From contig CBDHDG010000005.1 in assembly GCA_965261595.1 (NCBI GenBank), forward strand, positions 224,001 through 288,000: 64,000 bases of DNA, written 5' to 3'. A model generated the notes under the pieces. That model ran no database searches and was not told the origin of the DNA. It saw only the letters and a list, made by a program, of their open reading frames with translations. This DNA comes from a bacterium (GTDB lineage Bacteria; UBA8248; JACPRG01; G963555815). This document shows positions 18,584 to 28,494 of the stretch, in pieces (the first letter of the stretch is position 1; every line of letters begins with the position of its first letter). Position numbers and translations under genes: made by a program.

Positions 18584-19666
18584 CTATGCCTTGCCCCGCG
18601 CGCCATGAGGTTTCCCTCTTTCGGCGCCCGCGCTACCTGAAACCCGCGCTTCTTCAAAGGTTGCCATCTCGTCGAGAACCTTGCCCGCCGCCTCGATGAT
18701 GTTCATCGCGAGAACCGCGCCCGTGCCTTCGCCAAGGCGCATGTCGAGGTCTAGAATGGGCTTGAGTCCCAACCACTCAAGCGAAACGGAATGACCCGGT
18801 TCCGCGGAACGATGCCCCGCAAACAGAAAGTCTTTGACCGAATGACAGAGCGTCGCGGCAATCAGCGCCGCGGCCGCCGAGATGAAACCGTCGATGACGA
18901 TCGGAATCCGTCGCGCGGCGGCGCCGAGCATGACGCCCGCCAGTCCCCCGATTTCGAATCCTCCGATCTTCGCCAGGATATCCAATCCATCCGATGGGTC
19001 CGGGCGGTGCTTGGCAATGGCCCCCCGAATGACCTGGATCTTGTGTTGCAGCGCAACGTCGTCGATGCCTGTCCCCCTTCCGGCGGTCTCTTCCGGCGGC
19101 CGTCCCGTGACGGCCGCCGTAATGGCGCCGGCCGCCGTGGTATTGCCGATCCCCATTTCGCCGGTCCCGATGAGGTCCGCTTCCCGGACGAGCTCGACAC
19201 CCGTCTCGACGGCGCGAACCGCCTGGTCCCGCGTCATCGCCGGCTCGCGGAAGAAATTGCGCGTGCCTGGACCGATCGGACGTGAGAGGAGGGCGGGATC
19301 AGGGTCCGGATCGGAGACCATCCCCAAGTCGGCCAAGATCATCTCTACGCCGGCATGCTTGGCCAAGACATTGATCGCCGCTCCGCCCTGTAGGAAGTTG
19401 CTGACCATCTGCCCTGTGACTTCCCGCGGGTAGGCGCTCACCCCCTCGGCGACGACCCCGTGGTCCGCCGCCAATAAGAAAATCATCTTGCGGCGGATCC
19501 GGGGTCTTGGATTTTTCGTCATGCCGGCGAGTCGGACAGAAATTTGTTCGAGAACCCCCAGACTACCCGGCGGCTTGGTCAGCGAGTCCAGACGTTCCCT
19601 CGCCCGCTCCATCGCGGATCGGTCCAGGGGGGCAATGGCCGTGAGGGTTTGTTTCAGCCTTTCCAT
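18584..19666 (-). CDS. cobT: Nicotinate-nucleotide-dimethylbenzimidazole phosphoribosyltransferase CobT
   Basis: LTKPPGSLG.LE, AADHGV, GEMGIGNTT, LDMRLGEGTGA. Confidence 0.95.
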   Translation of the reverse strand: MERLKQTLTAIAPLDRSAMERARERLDSLTKPPGSLGVLEQISVRLAGMTKNPRPRIRRKMIFLLAADHGVVAEGVSAYPREVTGQMVSNFLQGGAAINVLAKHAGVEMILADLGMVSDPDPDPALLSRPIGPGTRNFFREPAMTRDQAVRAVETGVELVREADLIGTGEMGIGNTTAAGAITAAVTGRPPEETAGRGTGIDDVALQHKIQVIRGAIAKHRPDPSDGLDILAKIGGFEIGGLAGVMLGAAARRIPIVIDGFISAAAALIAATLCHSVKDFLFAGHRSAEPGHSVSLEWLGLKPILDLDMRLGEGTGAVLAMNIIEAAGKVLDEMATFEEARVSGSAGAERGKPHGARGKA

Positions 19667-20172
19667 TCAGCCCCCTTCACCCAAACCGGAACCCCGCAAA
19701 CCATCAGGATCACCTCATCGCAGCGCTCGGCGGCGATGCGGTTCAGCCGTCCGGCCAGCTCTCGGAACCGCCGGGCAAGGGCATTTTCGGGGACGATTCC
19801 GCAGCCCACCTCGTTGGTGACCACCAACAACCGGCAGGGGGGCGAGTCAAATATGCGAGTCACCTCCGCGTCGATTTCCGACTCGGATACGCCGTCAACG
19901 AACATCTGGGAAATGAGCAAGGTCAGGCAGTCGATGATCGCGGCGTCATATTCAGCGGCGAGGACCACCGCGATCTCCCGGGTTCCTTCTACCGTGCGCC
20001 AAGTCGAAGGACGCTCCGCGCGATGACGTGCGACCTTGGCCCGCATCTCATCGTCACCAGGGACGCACGTGGCTACGAACAGGACATTTTCACCGCACCG
20101 AGCCGCGCGCTCGCACGCGTAGCGGCTCTTTCCGCTTGCCGCGCCTCCCGTGATGAGCGTGATGGCGGTCAA
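19654..20172 (-). CDS. cobU: Bifunctional adenosylcobinamide kinase/adenosylcobinamide-phosphate guanylyltransferase
   Basis: ITGGAASGKS, H...RP..W.T.E, IDCLT, NEVG.GIVP. Confidence 0.93.
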   Translation of the reverse strand: MTAITLITGGAASGKSRYACERAARCGENVLFVATCVPGDDEMRAKVARHRAERPSTWRTVEGTREIAVVLAAEYDAAIIDCLTLLISQMFVDGVSESEIDAEVTRIFDSPPCRLLVVTNEVGCGIVPENALARRFRELAGRLNRIAAERCDEVILMVCGVPVWVKGAEWKG

Positions 20173-20735
20173 GGAAGAGCCTCCCGTGTCTCACGCACGT
20201 TGTGGAGGAACAAACAGGCGGGAGGCGCTTCCGGTTTCCAGAATTCATCCAGGCGCCGGGCAAGCAGTATCCTGATGGGACCCCCATGTGTGATGAGCGC
20301 GATGGTTTGGCCGGGAGCTCGGCGGGCCAGATCACCAACAAAACAACGGATTCTTTCGGCGAGGCGGGTGAGGGATTCCCCGCCCGGCGGGCTCACGCTT
20401 TGGGGGTCATCGAGCCAGCGGCGGTAAAGCGATGGGTAGGCCCGGGCAAGGCTGTCGGAGGTCTGGCCCTCCCAGCGGCCAAAGTGCAGCTCCCGCAATT
20501 CTTCCGTATGGATGATGTTGGATTGAGGCGCCAGGATCTCGGCCGTTTCACAGCAACGACAAAGATCGCTGGAAAAAACTTGATCCACGTGAAATTTTTG
20601 GAAGCGTTGCCGCAGACGGAGGGATTGCCGCCGGCCATTGGAAGTAAGGGGGGTGTCTACGTGGCCCGCATATCGGCTTTGGGAACCCAGGACTGACTCG
20701 CCGTGACGGATAAGGAGAATCCGGGTCACAAACAA
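20169..20735 (-). CDS. cobC: Histidine phosphatase, alpha-ribazole phosphatase-like
   Basis: RHGES, SSDL.R, LRELHFGRWEG, PPGGES, THGG; first gene of the cob operon. Confidence 0.8.
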   Translation of the reverse strand: MFVTRILLIRHGESVLGSQSRYAGHVDTPLTSNGRRQSLRLRQRFQKFHVDQVFSSDLCRCCETAEILAPQSNIIHTEELRELHFGRWEGQTSDSLARAYPSLYRRWLDDPQSVSPPGGESLTRLAERIRCFVGDLARRAPGQTIALITHGGPIRILLARRLDEFWKPEAPPACLFLHNVRETREALP

Positions 20736-20851
20736 ACTCCCAACTGTCAGCTTGGGAGGGACTGCACCCGTGTCCTTGATCCCTCTATTCCGGGTATTAA
20801 ATTGCCCGGGCGACGTCCGCTCCCTCCATCGGAGAGCTTGATACGCGCTGG

Positions 20852-21010
20852 CTCAGGCAGGTCTTCTGGCTTCTGGACTTCCTACTCCCGCGCCTTCCCG
20901 GCCTCATCAAGAAGCCAGTGGCCTTGCGGTTTCGTTTCCAGTTACAGCGGCGGGACCGCCCCCGATTCTCACGGGGTTCCCTATTAAGCCTTCTCAGGCG
21001 CCTGGGCTTG
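20852..21010 (-). ncRNA. Cobalamin (AdoCbl) riboswitch
   Basis: Minus strand reads TAATAGGGAA..CCGTGAGAATCGGG..GCGGTCCCGCCGCTGTAA..GCCACTG..CCGGGAAGGC..AAGCCAGAAGACCTGCC (B12 box). Confidence 0.95.
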
Positions 21011-21016
21011 AGTTCG

Positions 21017-21046
21017 TTTATAGCTTAACGCTCTGCCGGATGTCAA
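21017..21046 (-). promoter_or_regulatory. Sigma70-type promoter of the riboswitch/cob operon
   Basis: TTGACA-18 nt-TATAAA immediately 5' of the riboswitch. Confidence 0.75.
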
Positions 21047-21152
21047 GAATCACATTGGAAGCGCCAAGCATTCCCTATGCAGGGCGATTTGTTGACGAAG
21101 CCGGACGATGTTTCCCTCGGGAAGATGGAAAGGAATATCCTGATTCGAACCG

Positions 21153-21833
21153 CTAAGCTCGACCTTCGACTCCTTCGAAGCGTTTGGAAAATAACCCCGC
21201 TATTCCACCCAGAATGAGCCAGTATATGGCAGATGTTGCAAATGTGACCATCACGAAGGAGCGCGATAATTGTTCCGGCGCCAGACCCCCGTGTTCCTCC
21301 GGAAGAGGGGCGCCAACGATATGAGGGAGAGCGATGAGGAGCACACCGAGACCCTTCCAATGGGCGCCCGCCTTGAACAGGAGCAGAATGAGTCCGCCGC
21401 CGGTTCCCGCGACAGTCGCAACCCACCACATCTGCCGTTCCTGAAGAGGCGCAGCGAGCGAGCCGGGCAGCTCAGGGGAAAGCCCGATGGATGGGGCCAA
21501 GAAGAAGGTCGCGAATCCACCCAGGCCCCAGAGGATGCCCTTTCTCCAGTCCACATCTCCATGGATGGTAAAGGCCGCGATCAGAAGGAGGGCGAAACCG
21601 ATAGAGGTTAGAACATTCGAGATGACTGTGAGTGCGGTCCGAGAAAATCCCCCTTCTTCTTCGTCACGAGGAGTCTGGCCGGCCTTGGTCATCTCCTCTT
21701 GTTTCTCGTAGGTCTCCGCTTTAAGAATCAGCGGAATGGCGCCAAAGGATTGCAAAGCGGAGAGAATCAAGCCGGCGACGAGTCCGGAAATCGCCGCGGC
21801 GAAGACGATGCGTCGAAACTTGACCGGAAGCAT
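21153..21833 (-). CDS. cbtA: Cobalt transporter subunit CbtA
   Basis: PLILKAETYE, APSIGLSPELPG..AA.LQERQ.WW, LPHIVGAP. Confidence 0.9.
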   Translation of the reverse strand: MLPVKFRRIVFAAAISGLVAGLILSALQSFGAIPLILKAETYEKQEEMTKAGQTPRDEEEGGFSRTALTVISNVLTSIGFALLLIAAFTIHGDVDWRKGILWGLGGFATFFLAPSIGLSPELPGSLAAPLQERQMWWVATVAGTGGGLILLLFKAGAHWKGLGVLLIALPHIVGAPLPEEHGGLAPEQLSRSFVMVTFATSAIYWLILGGIAGLFSKRFEGVEGRA

Positions 21834-21841
21834 TTTTCCGC

Positions 21842-22039
21842 TCAATGACAGGGAAACGCGGAGGCGTGGCGTATGTCGTGGGCAGCGTCGTGAATGGCCT
21901 GGGGCTGGGCGAAGGTGACGCCATAAAGGATTGCTATGCCGAGCAGGGCCGCGCAAAGGGCGGATTTAACCGCCGTGACGCGCTGGCTTACGGGCCCCGC
22001 AATAGCCCGTTGCGTCAACTCCGACTGCAGATTCACCAT
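21842..22039 (-). CDS. cbtB: Cobalt transporter subunit CbtB
   Basis: AAAGGAG RBS; one TM helix; C-terminal HDAAHDIRHASAFPCH. Confidence 0.92.
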   Translation of the reverse strand: MVNLQSELTQRAIAGPVSQRVTAVKSALCAALLGIAILYGVTFAQPQAIHDAAHDIRHASAFPCH

Positions 22040-22148
22040 CGTATAAGCTCCTTTGACTTGTAGCGGGATCCCTACACAAAACCCCGTAATGGATTGATGG
22101 CAACCCAAAAATCCCTCGCAGTTTATCACAAGCGGAGCATGGGAGGAA

Positions 22149-22290
22149 GTGGAGTCGAATCAGAGTTGGCCCGATTTCGTGGACCTTGCCCGCGGAATCG
22201 TGATGATTCGAGTCCGGAAGAGCAAGAGTCGGAAGGAGCGAGACATCTTCGTTGGAACTCGCTTGACAGAAATCCTCGGAGTGGCTAAAG
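22149..22290 (+). pseudogene. Possible tyrosine integrase fragment
   Basis: W.DFVDLARGIVMIRVRKSKSRKERDIFVGTRLTEIL resembles the DL..G.I.VR..K..K.R.I segment of tyrosine recombinases; adjacent to a tRNA. Confidence 0.4.
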
Positions 22291-22419
22291 ATAAAGATGA
22301 AGACGTGTTCAAAGGCCCAAAGGGGGATCCGATTTGTTCGGTCGGATGGTCGAAATATGGTCGAAGTGGGGGGCCATTATCAAGAGCCGATTCGGCTAAA
22401 TATTTCAAACTAAAAGCGT

Positions 22420-22497
<78 letters not shown>

Positions 22498-22503
22498 TAA
22501 TTC

Positions 22504-22542
22504 AAGGGGTTGCCGATACATTCGGCAGCCCCTTTTGTTTTT
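22504..22542 (+). terminator. Intrinsic terminator after the tRNA
   Basis: AAGGGGTTGCCGA-loop-TCGGCAGCCCCTT followed by a T-tract. Confidence 0.8.
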
Positions 22543-22808
22543 GTGATCGAGTCTATGTTCGAACGATGCCTTGGGCGGCTAAAAGACCATACCTCTGAAG
22601 CGAAGGGCTTCCGGATTTCGTCGGAATCAATGAATTGCTCATGCGCGGACGGACGGCTTTTGGCTTCCCCCCGTCGGAGAGCCTAAATTGAACGGGACGA
22701 AGAGGGTTTCGCGGCCCTTTTCTCCGTCATCGGAAGCGTGATTTGAGCCGCGGACCGGTCCGGCCCCTGGCATTCTGGGCGATGGGCCGCTCAGAGGGAG
22801 GTCAGGAA

Positions 22809-23536
22809 GTGAAGGGGTCCATCACCATTGCCCTGGCACTGATCCTGACGCCGGCCGGGCCGGTCTTGACGCCGCACGCCCAAGGCGCGGAAGAGATTAC
22901 GCTTCGCCTGATCGAGGCGGACGGAACGATCGGCCGCAGGGTGCGGGGAGGGATACTTCACGGCGACGGCGGGTTCTCCCCGATGGCCGAAGGGGTGATT
23001 TACCTTCGGGATGGAACGGTGGCGTTTGAGCGGGGGGGCTTCCTGATCCTTCCCGATGGGGGGCGATTTCCGTCCTCTCACCGGATCGGGGGTCCAAGGA
23101 GGTCCGGGACGAGAATGGAAAGCGTTATCGGATTTCTCCCGGATTTCACTTGGAGAAGGAAGCCGACAGCGGGCGGCACTTTGTCGTTCCGGAGGGCGGC
23201 GCCGTCGTCCTGGATCGGGAGGGGCGCTATCACGTCCTCCCGCCGGACGCCCGCCTCGAGCGGGACGGGAACGGCCGCACGATCGTTGTCCCGCCGGGGG
23301 CTGAGCTTGTTCTCGACGATTTCGGAAGGGCTTACGTGGTTCCGAAGGGCATGCGCATCGTCTTTCTCCCCTCGGCGACCCGGCCGCCCCGTTACGTGGT
23401 CCTCCCGTCCGGGGCGGAGGTGGTGAAGGCCGGAGGCCGGGCCTACGTTGTCCCCAAGGGAGGAAAGCTTGTCCGCGAGGAGACCGACCGCTGGCCGCCG
23501 AGGTTCAAGGTCGTCTTCGGGGATGAGGGGGAGTAA
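22809..23536 (+). CDS. Exported hypothetical protein with ~17-aa beta-type repeats; frameshifted near 23060-23095
   Basis: GGGAGG RBS, GTG start and signal peptide; repeats GRxYVVPxGxxLV continue in a second frame. Confidence 0.6.
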
Positions 23537-23638
23537 GCCCCCAACGCCGCTTCGGGGCCGGTGGGCGTTTCACGGTGGGCGGATCCGGATGAACCGAGCG
23601 GTGGCCGTTCGGGTTTGGGAGAGATTCAACTCCCGCGC

Positions 23639-24454
23639 CTAAAGTGACCATTTCCTGATCCTGGAGGGTTTTTTCTTCATCTGAACGGGTTCGATGAGGG
23701 TTTTCTCGACTTCGGATTCCAGGCTTTTCCAGATGCGCTTGACCGTTCTGGCGAAGGCGGGGTCGGACATGCTGTCGAACGTGCGCGGACGGGCGAGGGG
23801 GACTTCGACCACCTCGATCACACGTCCGGGCCCGGCTGAGAAGACCGCCACCCGGTCGCACAGCAGGACGGCCTCCTCCAGGTTGTGCGTTACATAGACG
23901 AACGTCTTGTTCTCCCTTTTCCAGAGTTCCTCCAACTCCTGCCGCATGAGGATGCGCGCCTGGGGATCGATCTGGGCGAAGGGCTCATCGAGCAGGAGCA
24001 CCTCGGGGCTTGTGGCCAGGGCGCGGCCGATGCCCGCGCGCTGCTTCATCCCGCCCGAGAGTTGTGCGGGGTAGAGGGTTTCCGTCCCCCGAAGGCGGAC
24101 CTTGCCCAAAAAGAAATCCGCGATGCGCCGGTAGATGCGCTTGGGCGCGCCCTTGACCTCCGGGCCGAAGCCCACGTTGCCCCGGGTGTACCGCCACGGC
24201 ATCAAGGCGAAGTTCTGAAAGACCATCGCCGAGCGTTGCTCACTCCTTTGCTCGCCGGTGAATACAATCGACCCGGAGGTGGGCTCCTTGATCTCGCCCA
24301 GAAGGTGAAGGAAGGTGGTCTTCCCGCAGCCGTTGGGGCCGATGACGCCGAAGAAGGCGCCGTCCTCGATGGTCAGGTTGACCCCATCCAGGGCGACCTT
24401 CTCCGTGTCCCGGCCGGTGTAGACATACGTCAGGTCCCGGACTTCGATCTTCAT
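23639..24454 (-). CDS. NitT/TauT-family ABC transporter ATPase
   Basis: GPNGCGKT, VFQ..ALMPW, YPAQLSGGMKQR, LLDEPF, VTHNLEEA. Confidence 0.9.
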   Translation of the reverse strand: MKIEVRDLTYVYTGRDTEKVALDGVNLTIEDGAFFGVIGPNGCGKTTFLHLLGEIKEPTSGSIVFTGEQRSEQRSAMVFQNFALMPWRYTRGNVGFGPEVKGAPKRIYRRIADFFLGKVRLRGTETLYPAQLSGGMKQRAGIGRALATSPEVLLLDEPFAQIDPQARILMRQELEELWKRENKTFVYVTHNLEEAVLLCDRVAVFSAGPGRVIEVVEVPLARPRTFDSMSDPAFARTVKRIWKSLESEVEKTLIEPVQMKKKPSRIRKWSL

Positions 24455-24608
24455 GATGGGAAAATCCTCCGTCCCGGCGGCGTTCCCCAGGCCCGCTCGC
24501 TCCGCGGCCCCCCCCTGCCAATCGCCTATGATACCATCGTCTCAACGGACGTTCCGTTCGTCCATCCGATGAATGCAGCCAAAAAGTTCGGACCGGGGAG
24601 GATAATCC

Positions 24609-25595
24609 TTGACCATCGATCTGCACGCTCACTATGTCCCGGGGGCCTATCTGCGTCTCATGCAAAAGGAAGCGGCGAGGTTCAACACCCGCTACGGCGA
24701 GGATGAGCAGGGCCGGCCCTACGTCGAGCATCCCGGCAGGGGCCGCGCGTTCTTTACGAATGAATTCACGGACAAGGACGCCATCCGGGCGCGAATGGAC
24801 AGGGCCCGGCTGGACCGCCAGATATTCTCCCCCCCGCCCCAGCTCTTCCACTACGACCTGGCGCCGGAGCCGGGGCTGGAGATCGCCCGCCTCTGGAACG
24901 ACGCGCTGGCGGAGTTCACGGCGGAAGACCCGAAGCGGTTCGGCGCGCTGGCTTCCGTCCCGCTGCAAAGCCCCGAGGCCGCCGCGACGGAGCTTCGCCG
25001 GGCGGTGAAGGAGAAGGGCCTGCTGGGCGTCGAGATCGCGACCAACATCAACGGAAAATATCTGGATGAATCCGGGCTGGACCCGTTCTTCGAAGAAGCG
25101 GCGTCACTCGGCATCCCCGTCCTGGTGCACCCGTGGAATCCCCCCGGGGGGGACCGGATGAGCGAGTACGCCTTGTTCGAGGTGGCGGCGTTCCCGTTCG
25201 ATTCGACCGTTTGTCTGATCCGTTTGATGTTGAGCGGAACGCTCGACCGGTTTCCCGATGTCCGGTTCTGCTTCGTTCACGCGGGGGCCTACGTGCCGAC
25301 GCTACTGGGCCGAATCCGGCGGGGGATGGAGGTCTATCCCGATATGGCCGGGAACCTGAAGGCCGGGCCGGAGGAATACCTGAGGCGGCTCCATTTCGAC
25401 ACCATCATCCTCAGCGCCCCGGCCCTTCGTTTCGTCATCGATTGCGTGGGGATCGATCGGTTGTTCCTGGGGAGCGATCACCCCTTCGGCGTCGGGGACC
25501 CGGACCCGGTCACCTCGGTCGAGGCTTTGGGCCTCCCGCCGGAGCAGGAAGCGGCCATCATGGAAGGGAACGCGAAGAGATTGTTGGGGATGTAG
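24609..25595 (+). CDS. Amidohydrolase_2 family (ACMSD-like decarboxylase/hydratase)
   Basis: IDLHAH, WND, VLVHP, HAG, LGSDHPF. Confidence 0.88.
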   Translation: MTIDLHAHYVPGAYLRLMQKEAARFNTRYGEDEQGRPYVEHPGRGRAFFTNEFTDKDAIRARMDRARLDRQIFSPPPQLFHYDLAPEPGLEIARLWNDALAEFTAEDPKRFGALASVPLQSPEAAATELRRAVKEKGLLGVEIATNINGKYLDESGLDPFFEEAASLGIPVLVHPWNPPGGDRMSEYALFEVAAFPFDSTVCLIRLMLSGTLDRFPDVRFCFVHAGAYVPTLLGRIRRGMEVYPDMAGNLKAGPEEYLRRLHFDTIILSAPALRFVIDCVGIDRLFLGSDHPFGVGDPDPVTSVEALGLPPEQEAAIMEGNAKRLLGM

Positions 25596-25658
25596 CGCTT
25601 TGGGGAGAGAGGGAGGGGGGGAGAAGCCAGCCGGAATCGGCGCCCCCGGGGCGCTTCG

Positions 25659-26132
25659 TCAGGTCTTCATCATCTTCGCGGCCTGTTGGATGGCGCGGAT
25701 GATCTCGAAGTAGCTGGTGCAGCGGCAGAGGTTGCCCTCCATGAACTTCTTGATCTCCTTCTCGGTCGGATCGGGATTTTCGTCCAGGAGGGCCTTCGCC
25801 GTCATGATCATCCCCGGCGTGCAGTACCCGCACTGAAACCCGCCCTGATCGATGAACGCTTCCTGGAGGGGATGGAGCTCGTCCTCGCTCGGGGCGAGGC
25901 CCTCGATGGTCTTGATGTCCGTCCCGTCGGCAAAGGGGGCCAGCAAGACGCACGTGGCCACCGGCCGGTCGTCGAGAAGGACCGTGCAGGCCCCGCAGAC
26001 CCCCAGTCCGCACACCTCCCGGGGGCCCGTCATCCGGAGCTGGTTGTGGAGGACGTCCATGAACGTGTGGTGAGAGCGGACGGTGATCCGGCGCTCCTCA
26101 CCGTTCAGCGTGAAGCGAATTTCCCGTTCCAT
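25659..26132 (-). CDS. Xanthine dehydrogenase/CoxS-family 2Fe-2S subunit
   Basis: CGLGVCGACTV, QCGYCTPG, GNLCRCT. Confidence 0.95.
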   Translation of the reverse strand: MEREIRFTLNGEERRITVRSHHTFMDVLHNQLRMTGPREVCGLGVCGACTVLLDDRPVATCVLLAPFADGTDIKTIEGLAPSEDELHPLQEAFIDQGGFQCGYCTPGMIMTAKALLDENPDPTEKEIKKFMEGNLCRCTSYFEIIRAIQQAAKMMKT

Positions 26133-28480
26133 CAGGATGAGGCCTCCCGTGCTTCCTTGTCCCGCAGGGCGCGGAGCACCTTCTCGGGGGTGATGGGCAG
26201 ATCGTGGATGCGCACCCCCACGGCGTCGAAGACCGCGTTGGCGACGGCCGGAGAGGGCGGGGTGATTGAAGTCTCCCCCGTCCCCCGCGCGCCGAAAGGT
26301 CCGTCTTTCACCGGCGTCTCGACCAGGATGTCCTCCATCTCTCCCGGGATTTCCTCAAACGAGGGGAGGATGTAGTCCACGAAGTGAGGGTTCAGGGGCT
26401 GTCCGTTGTCGAAGTTCAAGGACTCGAAAAAGGTCTGCCCCAGCGCCATCATGGCCGATCCGGAGACCTGCTCGCGGCAACTCTTGGGGTTCAGGGCTTT
26501 GCCCACGTCCACCGCGTTGACGAACTTGCGGACCTTCACGACGCCTGTTTCCGTGTCCACTTCCACCTCGGCCGCCCCCGCCGCGGGAAACCAGTACACC
26601 GTCGTCAGCTCTTCGAGCGCCAGGCCGGTTTCCTTGTCGAGCTTGCCGCCTTTGGTCTTGAGGACCCCCCGCCCGAGGATGTTCCCGCCGTCCATCCCGA
26701 AATAGCCCTGGATGACATCCTGGATCGAGATGTTCCGGTCCGGGTCGGTCTTCGGAAACACCCGCCCTTCCCGGATGTCCAGGTCTTCGGAGGCCGCCTC
26801 CAACAGGTCGGCGGCCAGATCGCAGATCTGCTTTTTGGCATCGACGGCCGCCATGCTCACAGCCGATCCCACGTGGAAGGTGGACCGGCTGGAGTTCGTC
26901 ATCTGGTCGTAGGGCGTCACGTCGGTGTCCGGGTGGACGATCTTCACGCTGTGGTAGGTCGTTCCCAGGGTCTCGGCCGCGATCTGGGCCATGACGGCGT
27001 CGGACCCCTGGCCCATGTCCACGGTGCTGCAAAGGACGGAGACGCTCCCGTCGTTGTTGACCGTGATAAAGGCGCTCGAGGTCGTGGGCGTCACGGTGCT
27101 CTTGATGGCGACGGCCACGCCCCGGCCCACTTTGACGTGCGCTTCCGCGGCGGGTTCGGGCGGCTTGTCCCAGCCCAGGGCCTCGGTGGCCCGGCGGAGG
27201 TTTTCCTTGAAGTCGATCTCTTTCATGATCGAGGTCGTGACGAATTCATCCCCCGGCTCGATCAGGTTCCGGTCCAGGAACTCCCGGCTCTCGATCCCCA
27301 GGGCGTGCGCGATGATGTCGTTTTGCTGCGCGTAGGCCCACGATACCTGCGCGACGCCGAATCCGCGAAACGGTCCGGACGAGGGCTTGTTGGTCAGAAC
27401 GCAGTGGGAATCGACCCAGGCGTTGGGCATCTTGAACGGTCCGCATGAGACGTACCCGCAGTTCTTGGCCACCCGAGGGCCGATGTCGGCGTAGGCCCCG
27501 GTGTCCAGGTAGATCTCCGTCTTCCGCGCCCGGAAGCGGCCGTCCCGGCCGACGCCGGTCTTGATCTTGACGAGGGAGGCGTGCTTGACGCATTCCAGGA
27601 AGCATTCCTCCCGGGACAGTGTCAGCCGGACCGGCCGGCCGCACTTCCAGGCCAGACAGGCCGTCACCGGCTCGATCCGGGCGTAGGTCTTGCTGCCGTA
27701 TCCGCCTCCGAGGTATCCGGGAATGATGATCCGGACATTGCCGACCTGCGTCTTGAAGACCCGCGCCACGGAGTTGCGCGCGAGGAAGGGGTTCTGGGTG
27801 CTGGACCAGATGGTGACCCGGTTGCCCCGCTCGACCTTCGCGACGGCGTTGTAGGGCTCGAAAGCCACGTGCTGCGTCGTCGGGGTGGTGAACTCGTGCT
27901 CGAAGACGTGGTCCGATTCGGCGAACCCTTTGTCCACATTCCCGTAGCGCAGCCGGTACTGGTTGCAGATGTTGGTGCCGGGGATGGGGCGGATCGTCTT
28001 CAGGTCGGCGAACCCCTGGGACGGGGGCTCCAGGATTCCGTGGATGAGAGGCGCCCCCTCGGCCAGGGCGGCCTCAAGGTCCGTCGCTGCGGGGATCTCC
28101 TCGTACTCCACGTCGATGAGACCGAGCGCCTCCTCGGCCGTGTCGATGTCCGCCGCGGCGACGGCCGCCACGCGGTCCCCCACGTAGCGCACCTTGTCCA
28201 GCGCGACGACGGGTTGATCGTAATAGACCGGACCGTAGGTCGGGGTGAAGCGGTCGTTACCGATGAAATCGTCCCGGGTCAGCACGCCGAAAACCCCGGG
28301 CAGCCGCTCCGCCCGGGAGGCGTCGATGTGGCGAATCCGGGCGTGGGGATGGGGGCTTCTCAGGACCAGGGCGTGGGCCGCCCCCGGCACTTCGAAGTGC
28401 ATCGTGTAGACGCCTTCGCCCCGCACCTTGGATTCGGCTTCGGGGCGGATCTCGGACAGGCCGATGGTTACATTGCCCAT
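26132..28480 (-). CDS. Xanthine dehydrogenase-family molybdopterin-binding large subunit
   Basis: LRSPHPHA, GGGYGSK, FRGFG, DMGQGS, GARGTGE; GGAGG RBS before ATG 28480. Confidence 0.93.
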   Translation of the reverse strand: MGNVTIGLSEIRPEAESKVRGEGVYTMHFEVPGAAHALVLRSPHPHARIRHIDASRAERLPGVFGVLTRDDFIGNDRFTPTYGPVYYDQPVVALDKVRYVGDRVAAVAAADIDTAEEALGLIDVEYEEIPAATDLEAALAEGAPLIHGILEPPSQGFADLKTIRPIPGTNICNQYRLRYGNVDKGFAESDHVFEHEFTTPTTQHVAFEPYNAVAKVERGNRVTIWSSTQNPFLARNSVARVFKTQVGNVRIIIPGYLGGGYGSKTYARIEPVTACLAWKCGRPVRLTLSREECFLECVKHASLVKIKTGVGRDGRFRARKTEIYLDTGAYADIGPRVAKNCGYVSCGPFKMPNAWVDSHCVLTNKPSSGPFRGFGVAQVSWAYAQQNDIIAHALGIESREFLDRNLIEPGDEFVTTSIMKEIDFKENLRRATEALGWDKPPEPAAEAHVKVGRGVAVAIKSTVTPTTSSAFITVNNDGSVSVLCSTVDMGQGSDAVMAQIAAETLGTTYHSVKIVHPDTDVTPYDQMTNSSRSTFHVGSAVSMAAVDAKKQICDLAADLLEAASEDLDIREGRVFPKTDPDRNISIQDVIQGYFGMDGGNILGRGVLKTKGGKLDKETGLALEELTTVYWFPAAGAAEVEVDTETGVVKVRKFVNAVDVGKALNPKSCREQVSGSAMMALGQTFFESLNFDNGQPLNPHFVDYILPSFEEIPGEMEDILVETPVKDGPFGARGTGETSITPPSPAVANAVFDAVGVRIHDLPITPEKVLRALRDKEAREASS

Positions 28481-28494
28481 GGTTCCTCCGCTCC

